NCBI GenBank assembly: GCA_976226885.1 | Contig: OZ320315.1 | Coordinates: forward strand, 25,234,001 to 25,298,000 | DNA length: 64,000 nt | Direction: 5' to 3' | DNA from: Iphione sp. A-MEVVRFRX5 | Taxonomy: Eukaryota | Shown: positions 25,350 through 34,956 of the stretch, one piece after another | Layout of the letters: each line of letters begins with the position of its first letter | How positions within the stretch are numbered: the first letter of the stretch is position 1 | The notes under the pieces: model-generated | What the model saw: the letters and a program-made list of their open reading frames with translations, nothing else | Databases searched by the model: none | What the model was told of the DNA's origin: nothing | Program-made: the position numbers and the translations under genes

Positions 25350-26000
25350 TAAGCCTCCATAGAGGGTCACAGTTGATCTACTAACTCCTTGGATAAATAC
25401 TAGTAAATTTAGCAAAGCCTCCATAGGAGGTAATGGTCACCTAAGCAGCAAACTTTTCCTAAGTATACAAGTTAATCATTTAATCTGGCAAAGCCTCCCT
25501 AGGAGGTAGTGATATCACAATAACCCAAAAGATCACAGATTAACATCCCAGTAACTTTAAGAGCCTTACTCTTTTTGTGGGGGTACAGTCCCCCTTTAAT
25601 TTTACTGTTAACGTCCTCACTCTAACAACCCTTGAGTAGATGTGGGTAAATCTGACAAAGCCTCCGTAGGAGGTAGTAATTGTCTAGGTAACACAAGATA
25701 TCACAATAAACAAAAGATCACAGCTTAGCATTCCAGTAACTGTAACATCCCTGCTCTTTTTGTGGGGGTACAGTCCCCCTTTCATTTAACTGTTAACATC
25801 CTCTACCTGTCCTCCGAGTACACAGGTTAAAGCTATCTAATCTGGCCAAGCCTCCATAGGAGGTAGTGATTAACAAACAACATCAGTAACAAGGGTATAC
25901 TAGCGCAAAAACTCGTCCTATCACATGGCATACATCTCAACGATTTTTTTCTGGGGGTACAGTCCCCCTTTCAGTTATACTTATCCAACATCTTTTACAA
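25350..26000. repeat. Degenerate ~170-190-bp repeats in the 3' untranslated region
   Basis: aagcctccNtaggagg-type motif near 25351, 25415, 25491, 25658 and 25848; ggggtacagtccccc near 25579, 25766 and 25953. Confidence 0.75.
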
Positions 26001-26059
26001 TCCACCCTGGCAGTTCCTTGTCATTACTCTGGGTAGATTCCCAGCTCCCCCCCTTTTTC

Positions 26060-26503
26060 CTAAGCCGCGCGGGAATCATGGGTCATTGTGGTGTCAGGGG
26101 TCGGGCATGGGGCAGAGTTAACGTCAGTCGTCGGCACTCGGATCTGAACGGGAGGTGCCCCCATACATATGTCGTATATTGTTGGCTGTGTACTCTGCCG
26201 ATGGGCGCGGACCTCCTGAACCTCACGTTGCCACCCGGGATCGTAGATTCGCGTTTTACTGGGCCCCCATCGCATGGACTCTAGCACTCGTTCGGCGGCG
26301 TCGATGGTCTGGTTATGTGTTGAAAGTGTGGAGTCCAGTCGCCCCCAGTCTTGGGAGATAGGTAAAGACACCCCCGGCAGCAGCAGAGTAGGTCGTTGGC
26401 ACAGGGGCTCCAGAAGAGTGCCGGGTAGGGCCTCCTCATCCTCCGCTAGGCACAACACCCAGGCAAGGGCTGCCCCTGCCATCAGTCGCTGCGCCCCAGT
26501 CAT
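26060..26503 (-). CDS. Hypothetical accessory ORF, probably the detached C-terminus of the zinc-finger gene
   Basis: ATG lies 1 nt after the ZF ORF stop; the same frame extends upstream to 26650 with one TGA at 26527-26525. Confidence 0.45.
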   Translation of the reverse strand: MTGAQRLMAGAALAWVLCLAEDEEALPGTLLEPLCQRPTLLLPGVSLPISQDWGRLDSTLSTHNQTIDAAERVLESMRWGPSKTRIYDPGWQREVQEVRAHRQSTQPTIYDICMGAPPVQIRVPTTDVNSAPCPTPDTTMTHDSRAA

Positions 26504-26504
26504 G

Positions 26505-27614
26505 TCATGCCACCGACGTGGGGGTCAGGTAATGGTCGGCGGCAGACGAACAGCCGCTGGGACCACACTGGCCCTCATGGCCGGCTGGTGAGGTCGAATG
26601 AGACCGTCCAGGACGTCCCGCATCCTCCGGGACATGGGTTTCACGAACTCCTTGCATCAGGTGCCCTCCTGGCAGGGTTGGCGACGTGGGGGCATCTCCT
26701 CCCTCCCCGGGCAGGAGAAGAGGATCGGCTGTCGCGACTGCCCCCTCCGGCTCTGTGGCTGCGCGCAGCTGTGCCAACACAGCATCAAAGTCCTCCACCT
26801 CGGGTAGGCCGGCCCGCTCCTCTCCAGATGTGTCGCCCCCTACCGGTAGGTCTGCGGGAGGTGTATACGGTACCACTGGGAGGTCCAGCTCGGGAAGGGC
26901 TGGGTTTGCCTCTTCCGGTGCGCCCACCTCTGGTTCACGCTCAGGCTCGATTACTTGGTCTGCCTGCGCCTCGGGCCCCAATGGCTCAGGGCCTTCCCCG
27001 TTCAACCCTTGTGGCTCCAGAGGGGCCGGAGGAGCTGGAGCAGGGTCGGGGACTGGGGGATTTTGTACCTCTGGTGCAGCACGGCCGTCCCCCTCAAGAC
27101 CTCCTTCTGCTCCCTCCCGTGGGGGAGAGCCCAGTCGTACATATCGAGGGAGTGGGGGTGGAGCTGCTCGTCGGGGGCACGTGGCTAAGTAGCTCATGAT
27201 CTCCTCCTCCCCCAGGTACCCTCCTTCTTGTCGTCTCAGTTGGGCCTTACATAACGCCGCTGTAAGTTCGTCATCTGGCACAGCGATAGTCTGTCCCCCC
27301 AGTGGGGCTACATCATACAAGGGCCGGTACAATTTCTTGGTCAAACCTAGCGCTACTACCCAGGGGTGGTAGTTCCTCTGGTGGGTCACCCAGTAGTGCT
27401 CATCTGTGATGTAACTGGGGCACCAGAGGCACATCATGTCCCTCCCTCGTTTCCCGTGATGCTTCTCATCCAGGTGACGCTCAAAAGAGGGGCCCTTGAA
27501 GAAGGGACGCTTGCGGGGTAGGCATAGCTCGCACAGCTTTACCCCTGGGGGAAGGGGTCCCTCAGATTTCCAAGTAAGCGGGAGGCGGGGTGTTGTAATT
27601 TTCTCCCGCGGCAT
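26505..27614 (-). CDS. Accessory protein: two C2H2 zinc fingers plus Pro/Glu-rich acidic region (putative transcription factor)
   Basis: C28-x2-C31-x15-H47-x4-H52 and C62-x2-C65-x12-H78-x4-H83 (27533-27366); 369-aa open frame in element sense orientation. Confidence 0.78.
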   Translation of the reverse strand: MPREKITTPRLPLTWKSEGPLPPGVKLCELCLPRKRPFFKGPSFERHLDEKHHGKRGRDMMCLWCPSYITDEHYWVTHQRNYHPWVVALGLTKKLYRPLYDVAPLGGQTIAVPDDELTAALCKAQLRRQEGGYLGEEEIMSYLATCPRRAAPPPLPRYVRLGSPPREGAEGGLEGDGRAAPEVQNPPVPDPAPAPPAPLEPQGLNGEGPEPLGPEAQADQVIEPEREPEVGAPEEANPALPELDLPVVPYTPPADLPVGGDTSGEERAGLPEVEDFDAVLAQLRAATEPEGAVATADPLLLPGEGGDAPTSPTLPGGHLMQGVRETHVPEDAGRPGRSHSTSPAGHEGQCGPSGCSSAADHYLTPTSVA

Positions 27615-27689
27615 GGTAGGTCGTGTCGGTAACCGGTCAGTCTTGGCTCGGTCAGTCGTGGCTCGGTCGGTCGTTGGCCGTCCGCAGTC

Positions 27690-28590
27690 AACTGTGGGGT
27701 CGCAGAAGCACTCACCAGTCCGGGGCGGTGTGGCTGTGGGGGCACAGTCAATAATCGCCAGACTCGTTTGGTCGGTGTTAGAGCTAGTGTCCCCCCGCAG
27801 TGGTCAACTCCTATCTCTAGCCCAGTCGCTTAGCCCTCGGTGGTACCCCCTGCGGGCCCGCAGTCCAAAACAAAGTGTAGATGTCCCTGCGGGGTCACAG
27901 GCGTAATTACCAACCTGACTGTGGGGGCGCAGTTGAAGTCAGCGGCCGGCGTCCTCGTCGAAAATTTCAAGCGGTAGACCTCCCTGTGGCACCAAAACCG
28001 CGATAATTCCTCTCTCCTATGCTGCCTGACGACCTTTCTCGCCTTTCTATCTTCCTCTCTTCAACTGTACTTTCAGCCGGTGTTGGGGTTCTTGGCTTTT
28101 CCTCTCTTCACTGAATTACGGTAGAAGGGGTTCCCCAGAAACGAAAGCGAGGCTGGCGGATGTTTGGGTTGTCCGCTTCCGGGATTCCCCCCTTCTTGAC
28201 TGTGGGCCCCCAGTCACCGAGTCGTTTGTTGACTGTGGTACCACAGCCTCTGATTTCCTGCTTTTCTCCCATTTAACCCCCCTTTTAGAGGTTTACTCGG
28301 CCTCTCTCCCTACGAATTACGCTGAATCTGGGTAGAGATGTCCCCTCGGCCTGCGTCCCCGCAGTTCCGCTGTCGTAAGTTCCGTGTCGCTGCGGTTCCA
28401 CAGTCGTATCGCAATTACGCAGTTTCCCGCTCGACTGCGGCTCCCCAGTCAATTCCATCTGCTCGCTGTGGTTCCACAGTTGAATTGTCAATGTGATTAC
28501 GCAGTTTCCCACTCGACTGTGGTTCCCCAGTCGATTCCATCTGTTCGCTATATAAGGGCGTGCGATCGGCGGCTACCCGTCAGTCCGACA
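27690..28590. promoter_or_regulatory. Internal control region with 12 CTGYGG-NN-CCRCAG palindromes, ending in a + strand TATA box and Inr
   Basis: Sites with at most 1 mismatch at 27692, 27734, 27850, 27887, 27919, 28200, 28233, 28351, 28390, 28435, 28466 and 28517; TATATAA 28549-28555; TCAGT 28580-28584. Confidence 0.75.
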
Positions 28591-28614
28591 CTAGACCTCA
28601 GGCAGTACACATCA

Positions 28615-28748
28615 ATGGAACTACCAGCATACCTTGCAGGCCTCTCCCAGGGAGGGGCCTTTCTACCAGAAGACCAGGAGAGGTGCCCTCCTGTGGGAGA
28701 GGATTACTTCCCTGAAGAGCAGAAAGGTTATCCCCCCATGGAGGATAG
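28615..28748 (+). CDS. Antisense accessory gene, exon 1
   Basis: ATG 28615 is the first ATG after the TATA/Inr. AG/GTAGGC donor at 28749 is phase 2 and in frame with exon 2. Confidence 0.65.
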
Positions 28749-28870
28749 GTAGGCACTTACATGCAGCTAGGGGCCTTCTCCAGTTACCAATTGCCATGTT
28801 GGATTTCCTGAGGCTGGTTACTGATGTTCCTTTGGAGGTTCCAGGTGAGTTCCAGGTTTTTACAGTCACT

Positions 28871-28901
<31 letters not shown>

Positions 28902-28927
28902 CACCCTTCTCCTGTTCCTCTTTTCAG

Positions 28928-29627
28928 ATCTCAGCCCCCGGATCCGTATTTTCGTTTCATTGACGTGGGCACTCCTGGGCCTACCATAAGGGTGTACGGG
29001 TTGCACCCCATGTCCACCCATCCGCTGTACATTCCAGCTCCGGGCAACATCCGATTGTACGGCCCGGATCATTGGGTGGGCATCTCCGTGCAGCCGGTGA
29101 TCCAGCCAGTTCTTCCCCGCAGCGACGATCCTCTGTGGTCCCGCCAGGACTCGGTGTCCCCCGACCTCGGTTTGGGAGAGGTATCCAGCTACCTCGCCTC
29201 CCTCGACAAGGTCGAATCCAGCCACACTGATGAGGACGACTGGTCTCATTGTTCGATGACCTCCAGTCAGCTGGACCCCTGGCCCTCCTCGAGCTCTGAC
29301 GTCAGCGCCTCGCCCTCATATAGCTGTTCTAGCGGTGTGGCCTCGTCCACCGAGGTTGACTCTACGAGCACTACCTCCTCCGCCACCTGTCCTCGGTCGC
29401 CCTGCCCGGAGGACACGAGCTCGCCGGTGGACACGCCATCCCGCTCGCCTGCCCCATCCAGTTCTCCTGATGTGGGGCCAGTCCTCGGGCGGGCTTCCCT
29501 CTCCTCCTGGCCGGCCGATTTCCTGTCTTCGTGGTACCCCGACCTGCAGCCCGGGGACCTGGCATGGCATCCAATCCTAATCTCCGACGAGGACGAGGAT
29601 GAGGATGCCCCTCCCTCCTCTTCTTAA
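28928..29627 (+). CDS. Antisense accessory gene, exon 2 (Ser/Asp-rich protein ending in PILISDEDEDED)
   Basis: Branch-like CACTAAT 28867-28873, poly-T tract, TTTTCAG acceptor ending 28927; open to TAA 29627; ATTAAA at 29751-29756. Spliced product is 277 aa. Confidence 0.7.
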
Positions 29628-30518
29628 GTGGACTTTCCGCTCGACCATCTGTACATAGACTCATCCCGCGACCGTAACTTGTGTATATATGACTTTCATC
29701 GTCCGCCACTCGCAGTTGCTACCCACTTCGTTCCATGGTTGGTGATTTGAATTAAAATTTGTTCATAGTTCAACTGCCTCTCAGTCTTTCTTTTGTTCTA
29801 GCACGGCCCGCCCAGAGGACAAGGACCGCAGCTCGGTTTCCGTCGTCCCCCATCCCGAGTGCCTCGCTCCTTCCAGAGGAAAAGGACGGCAACTCGGCCA
29901 CCCCCTCATCCAGAGGACATGGACTGCAGCTTGGTCTTCTCTCCCGTCCAGAGGACACATACCGCAACTAGGCTTCTTTACTTCTTCTGCCTGCCGTAAT
30001 GTTTCCCGGAGGAATGATGCCGACATCATCCTTCGATCTCTCCGCGTCTCTTACACCGAACCGTTTCGAGCTCCACGGCTTCCTGGACGTTCTCTCCCTA
30101 CCCGTTCCACAAACTTTTTGCGTGCTCCAGGGTGTTCGTTTCCCTCGCCAGGCCTTTTGAGCAACTCCAGGAGGTCCGCCCTTCTCCATGAACTTTTGGG
30201 CCGGGTAAACCCCAGGATGTTCATCCTCCTCCAGGGAATTTCTGAGCGTGACATGCGCTTCCGGGCGTTCCCTAATCGCCCCACGGACTTTTTGAGTGCT
30301 ACCAGGGAGGCCTCCCCTCCCACAGGTCGTTGCCGGTTGATAAACCCTCAGGCCACCTGTGACGCCTCTGGTTGTTATTTCGAGCCTCAGTGGCTCCGGG
30401 CCGTCCACCGCTCCCCACGAACCATTTCGAGCGCAGCCAGGATGTTTGTCCTCCTATCTTCAGACTCATATTTGAGTCTCCAGGACACCCGTCTCGAACG
30501 TCTTCTTCGCCCATCTCC

Positions 30519-33269
30519 TTATTCCGGCTTCCTATACGGAGACCCCGCCACCGCCGTCTGGGGCGGAGAGCTCCGGGGTAATTGTTCCCCGCGATACAAC
30601 CGTAATCGATTCCGATGTACTACTCTCGGCCTCGCTTGTTTAGAGCGTTGCACAATCAGTCGTTCATCATCCAGAGCTCGGATAACTAGCCACGGCCCTG
30701 ACCAGGGGAAGTGAATCTTCGGGCTTCTCCCTTTTGGTGGCTGTGCCTCATGGAGCCATACCACCGCCCCCGCCTTCAAAGCTTCCCCCTTCATTCTCCG
30801 ATCATAAGCTCGGGCCTGAGATCGAGCCGCCGTCCTCAGGTTCTTCCGGACTCTACCGTATGCCTCTTGAAGTCGTCGCAACATTTCCCCTACTGGGTCA
30901 GGTAAGTCTTCCACCTCTGGGTTTTTCGACGGAAGCCCGTCCATCGCATGCACCGGAAGAGTAACCTCACGTCCGAACATCAGGTAGTTCGGGGTGTACC
31001 GGGTGCTAGCTTGTGGTGAAGCCCTATACGCCATCATGAGGAAAGGGAGTGCTGTGTCCCACTCCTCTTGGCTCTCGTGGCAATGTGCTTTGATCATCTT
31101 CCCCAAGGTCCGGAAGCTACGTTCAATGAACCCGTCGCTTTGCGGGTGTCGCGGGGTGGTCCTGGTCTTCTTGATGTGCAGATAGTCACAGAGGGCCGTG
31201 ATGATCTCGCTGCAGAAATTTGTTCCCTGGTCACTGTGCAGCTCGTGGAAACAACCATAGCGAGCGATTACCTCCTCGGCTAGGATCCGGGCGATCTTTG
31301 GGGCTTTCTGGTCTGGTAGGGGGAACGCCTCAAGCCACTTTGTGAAGTGATCCCCCACCATCAGGATGTAGCGGTTTCCTCGCGCAGTTAGTGGCAAGGG
31401 TCCGGCCACATCCATTGACCATCGTTCCATGGGTTCCCCCGACAGGTAAGTTTTCAGAGGCACCTGCGGCCGGAAAGGATCCCGGTTGAGCAGGGCACAG
31501 TGACAGTCTCTGCACCAGGCTGCGATGTTCCCTGTCATCCCCGGCCAGTAATAGGCGAGGGCTACCAGGTAGGTAGTTCGTTCGGCAGCTAGGTGGGCTC
31601 CCATCTGGCCAGCATGTACTTCCTTGAAGGCTTTTTCTCGAAGGGCGACTGGCAAGACCACCTGCAGCCGGGAAGGCTCCCCGCCAAGTCCTGTCCACTT
31701 CCTCTGCAGCAGACCTCCGCTCACGGTAAGTCGGCTCCACTGTCTCCAAAGGCTCTTCGTTGCAGCCGACGCTGGCGCCACCCACTCCCAGGCAGGCTGT
31801 TGGGGGTCCGATTCCATAGCTATAAGGATTGGCCCTACTTCCTCATCTTGGAGTTGGGCCATCCGTAGTTCCGGATGTCCAGTTCCTGTTGACTGGCTGC
31901 GAGTCACAGCTCGTACTTTTTCTGTCACTGCGTCTTCCGTTAGGTGTTTTTGTTTGCATTGCCTACAGGTTTTACGGGAGAGGGCGTCCGCATTTGCATT
32001 CAAGCGACCCGCTCGATGCTCCAGTTGGATGTTGTATTGTCCCACACGTTCCAGCCAACGGGCTAGCTGCCCCTCTGGGTCTTTAATACGGCACAGCCAA
32101 CTTACCGCCCCATTATCGGTCCGCACTGTGACTTCTTGTCCGTACAAATAAAAGTGGAAGTGTTTCAGGGCCGCCACCACAGCGAGCAGCTCTCTACGCA
32201 TCACGCAGTATCGTCGCTCTGTCTCGCTCAAGCTACGACTGTAGTAGGCCAGTACCACCTCTCGTTCCTCCTGCCTCTGGGCTAGTACAGCCCCAATGCC
32301 CACATTGCTGGCGTCGGTATCCAGGAAGTACCGCCCCTCTGGCTGTGGGTATCCCAGTATTGGGCTAGATGCTAGAGCCGCCTTCAGATCCCAAAATGCT
32401 GCCTCTTCCGGGTCTCCCCAGGTAAATCGCGTCTTAGTACCGGTCAACTTGTGCAGAGGAGCGGCCACATTGGCGAAGTGTGGCACATACCGGCGGTAGT
32501 AAGAACAGAGACCCAGGAAGGCTCGCACTTCTGTCGTGCAGGTCGGGGTCGGCCACTCTTCTATACTCTTCGTCTTGCTGGGATCGGTGGCCACCCCCTT
32601 CAGTGAGACGATGTGCCCCAGGAAGCCTATCTCTTGCAGGAACAGCTGACATTTAGAGGGCTTGAGTTTGAGCCCAGCCGCAGCTAGCCGTGTCAGCACC
32701 CGATCCAAACGAGCTATGGTTTCTTGGAAGGTCCTCCCAAAAACCAAAATGTCATCCAAGTACACTAAGCACTGTTCCCAGGTCAAGCCGCGCAACACTG
32801 TATCCATTAGTCGTTTGAAGGTTGCTGGGGTGTTAATCAGACCGAATGGCATTACCGTAAATTCATGCAACCCAACTGAGGTGGAGAACGCCGTTTTCTC
32901 CTGGTCTTCTGGGTGCATCCTGACTTGCCAGTAGCCAGACGCCAGGTCAAGTGAGCAAAAGTATTTGGCCCCCGCCAGGGTACTCAGGGAGTCATCGATC
33001 CTGGGCAAGGGGTAGCCGTCAACCTTCGTCTTTCCATTTAGTTTTCGATAGTTGACACAGAAGCGAGTGGTGCCGTCCTTCTTTTTTACCATCACCATGG
33101 GGCTAGACCAAGGACTGCTGCTTTCAACGATTACCCCCAGATCTTTCATCTCCTTAACTAGTTTCCGCTCTTCCTGTCTCTTGAAAAGGGGGAGTCTCCT
33201 CGGGGGTTGTTTTATAGGATGGCGGTCCTCAGTGAAAATGCGGTGCTGTACCACATCTGTGCGCCCCAA
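30519..33269 (-). CDS. pol: Gypsy pol: RT, RNase H, integrase
   Basis: YPLPRIDD, LDLASGYWQV, MPFGL, VYLDDIL; RNase H DTDAS, ELLAVV, TDNG, NADALSR; integrase HHCC, DVAG, HSDQG, HPQSDGFIER; WSGPW. Confidence 0.97.
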   Translation of the reverse strand: MGRTDVVQHRIFTEDRHPIKQPPRRLPLFKRQEERKLVKEMKDLGVIVESSSPWSSPMVMVKKKDGTTRFCVNYRKLNGKTKVDGYPLPRIDDSLSTLAGAKYFCSLDLASGYWQVRMHPEDQEKTAFSTSVGLHEFTVMPFGLINTPATFKRLMDTVLRGLTWEQCLVYLDDILVFGRTFQETIARLDRVLTRLAAAGLKLKPSKCQLFLQEIGFLGHIVSLKGVATDPSKTKSIEEWPTPTCTTEVRAFLGLCSYYRRYVPHFANVAAPLHKLTGTKTRFTWGDPEEAAFWDLKAALASSPILGYPQPEGRYFLDTDASNVGIGAVLAQRQEEREVVLAYYSRSLSETERRYCVMRRELLAVVAALKHFHFYLYGQEVTVRTDNGAVSWLCRIKDPEGQLARWLERVGQYNIQLEHRAGRLNANADALSRKTCRQCKQKHLTEDAVTEKVRAVTRSQSTGTGHPELRMAQLQDEEVGPILIAMESDPQQPAWEWVAPASAATKSLWRQWSRLTVSGGLLQRKWTGLGGEPSRLQVVLPVALREKAFKEVHAGQMGAHLAAERTTYLVALAYYWPGMTGNIAAWCRDCHCALLNRDPFRPQVPLKTYLSGEPMERWSMDVAGPLPLTARGNRYILMVGDHFTKWLEAFPLPDQKAPKIARILAEEVIARYGCFHELHSDQGTNFCSEIITALCDYLHIKKTRTTPRHPQSDGFIERSFRTLGKMIKAHCHESQEEWDTALPFLMMAYRASPQASTRYTPNYLMFGREVTLPVHAMDGLPSKNPEVEDLPDPVGEMLRRLQEAYGRVRKNLRTAARSQARAYDRRMKGEALKAGAVVWLHEAQPPKGRSPKIHFPWSGPWLVIRALDDERLIVQRSKQARPRVVHRNRLRLYRGEQLPRSSPPQTAVAGSPYRKPE

Positions 33270-33275
33270 GTCATC

Positions 33276-34112
33276 TCAGTCCCGGGCAAAAGTAAGGCTA
33301 TGTTTTCTTAGTAATCTTCTCAGTTGCCCCTGCTGTTCGGATGTAAGGGTCCCATCCGTAGGCTTCACCAACTCTTGGATGACATCCGCTACTGCCTTCC
33401 TGATTGCATACACACCTTTCTTGGGGCTCGTGGGGATTTCCTCCCAAGGTTGGGTAGGCACCCCCACAGCAATCTGTGTCCCCTGCCTCAGGAATATCTC
33501 TGTGTCGGTGGTATTCCACATGGGCAAGGTCGACTCAACAAGGCATCTCATCCCAACAACCCCCTGTCTCCACTGCGACTCTAATAGTCCTTCTACCATC
33601 AGGGGTGTCTCTCCATGGTGGTTAATGAGCACAGCTAGCCCTGCCCCAGCCGGTAATGTCACGTCATGGGCCACTCGTACCTCTGTCTCCTGTCTAGCCA
33701 CTCGGCAGCACCGATTCAGAGCTATCTCTTTTCTGGCAAGATCAATCACTGCGCGGTGTTGACACAGAAAGTCGCTTCCCAAGATCCCATCCTCTTCCAC
33801 CTCCGCTACTAGGAAGGAATGACTAAAGCTCTCCCCTGCTATCTCCAGTACACAGGTATGATGCCCTAAGGTAGGGATAAAATGTCCCCCCGCCCCAGTG
33901 ATACGTGTCGGGGACCCTTCTCCCTCCAGGCCAGGGACCACACAGGGGTTAACAATGGATACCTCAGCACCAGTGTCAATCAACAGTTCTACTGACCTTC
34001 CATCAAGGCTCACCTTCAGCCGTGGTCCCTGACCTGGTTCCATTGTAGTCCCCGTTAGTGTTATTCCAGTCGTACCATCCCGGCCTAGTTGGCCGACTGG
34101 GATCCGTTTCCC
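33276..34112 (-). CDS. Aspartic protease (reached by -1 frameshift); in frame with RT but separated by one TGA
   Basis: LLIDTGAEVS, GILGSDFL; frame is open from the slippery site at 34112; TGA at 33278-33276. Confidence 0.92.
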   Translation of the reverse strand, partial: GKRIPVGQLGRDGTTGITLTGTTMEPGQGPRLKVSLDGRSVELLIDTGAEVSIVNPCVVPGLEGEGSPTRITGAGGHFIPTLGHHTCVLEIAGESFSHSFLVAEVEEDGILGSDFLCQHRAVIDLARKEIALNRCCRVARQETEVRVAHDVTLPAGAGLAVLINHHGETPLMVEGLLESQWRQGVVGMRCLVESTLPMWNTTDTEIFLRQGTQIAVGVPTQPWEEIPTSPKKGVYAIRKAVADVIQELVKPTDGTLTSEQQGQLRRLLRKHSLTFARD

Positions 34113-34924
34113 TGCAACTCAGGACAGTCCCGTCGAAAATGGCCGTCCTGCCCGCACTGGAAGCATTTTGTGTAGCGTGGCTTCCTGTTCCGTACTTCCT
34201 CTCGGGCCTGCATCTCCTCTCGGATTTTCGCGAGCTCCTTGTTAAGTTCCTCCATAGGTTTTGTCCACGCCGGAGTTGAGGGGGCCTGTACTACCTGTAT
34301 CTTCTTAGCGACGAAGCGCTCTTGGGTCTCCACCACCTGTACAGCGGCATCCAAAGTTGTACACTTCGCCTCCAGGCACTTGAGATGAAGAGAATCGGCC
34401 AAAGATCGTTGAAAAGCGGCTACGGCTGCCAGCTCCCGGGTCTCCCCGGACACATCAGGGTACGCACTCCTCACCAGACGTCTCACTCGATCGGCCAGGT
34501 CGCGAACGTCCTCGTCCTTTTGCCTACGGATACTGGAGAGCTTCTGCATGGCCACCACTCGGTCACGTCGCCTGCCGAACCGTCGCTCCAATGCAGTGAC
34601 TCGTGACCCGTAATCCTGCTTATCCTCTGGCGGTAGATCCCCATAATACATTCGCGCAGGGCCAGTGAGTGACAGTGTTAATGCGGAACAGCGGGTATTC
34701 TCATTCCACTTGCAAGCGTCCGCCCACTCCGTGAATTGGCCTATCCAACTGTCCCAATCCACAGTCTTACCATCGAAGCGCTCTGGCTTCATGGCATTCA
34801 TTTTCAATGGCTGCTCAGGGGCCAGTTCAAATTGCTCACCTTCTTCCTCATTGCTGCCCGCTGGTGCTGGGCTAGGAACCCGAATCTGCACTTCGTCGTC
34901 CACTGCCACGTAGTGTGTAGCCAT
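34085..34924 (-). CDS. gag: Gypsy Gag
   Basis: PERFDG capsid-start motif, helical capsid region, CFQCGQDGHFRRDC knuckle. Confidence 0.96.
   Translation of the reverse strand: MATHYVAVDDEVQIRVPSPAPAGSNEEEGEQFELAPEQPLKMNAMKPERFDGKTVDWDSWIGQFTEWADACKWNENTRCSALTLSLTGPARMYYGDLPPEDKQDYGSRVTALERRFGRRRDRVVAMQKLSSIRRQKDEDVRDLADRVRRLVRSAYPDVSGETRELAAVAAFQRSLADSLHLKCLEAKCTTLDAAVQVVETQERFVAKKIQVVQAPSTPAWTKPMEELNKELAKIREEMQAREEVRNRKPRYTKCFQCGQDGHFRRDCPELQGNGSQSAN
34106..34112 (-). promoter_or_regulatory. -1 ribosomal frameshift slippery heptamer G GGA AAC
   Basis: In the gag frame; a -1 shift enters the open protease frame (23 codons to ATG 34043). A cggcc/ggccg stem follows. Confidence 0.85.
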
Positions 34925-34936
34925 ATTGTCAATGTT

Positions 34937-34955
34937 AATCCCACCGCTGCCACCA
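34937..34955 (-). other. Primer binding site, tRNA-Leu
   Basis: TGGTGGCAGCGGTGGGATT, 1 nt after the 5' LTR, is complementary to the 3' end of metazoan tRNA-Leu (AATCCCACCGCTGCCA-CCA). Confidence 0.93.
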
Positions 34956-34956
34956 G

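Noticed and set aside
28845-28850. Strong GTGAGT donor as the splice site of the antisense gene
   Set aside because: It lies after the exon-1 stop in the ATG-28615 frame and gives no long product when joined to 28928. It may still be a minor alternative donor.
28824-28927. Poly-Phe and poly-Lys runs in the ORF track
   Set aside because: These are translations of the intron poly-T tract.
29781-30518. Pol frame continuing past its stop, including a CGMC...H motif
   Set aside because: At least four further stops in about 245 codons, versus one in the rest of pol. Not supportable as a gene, though it may be an old decayed extension.
34937-34955. tRNA-like sequence
   Set aside because: Only the 19-nt 3' end including CCA is present, so this is a primer binding site and not a tRNA gene.
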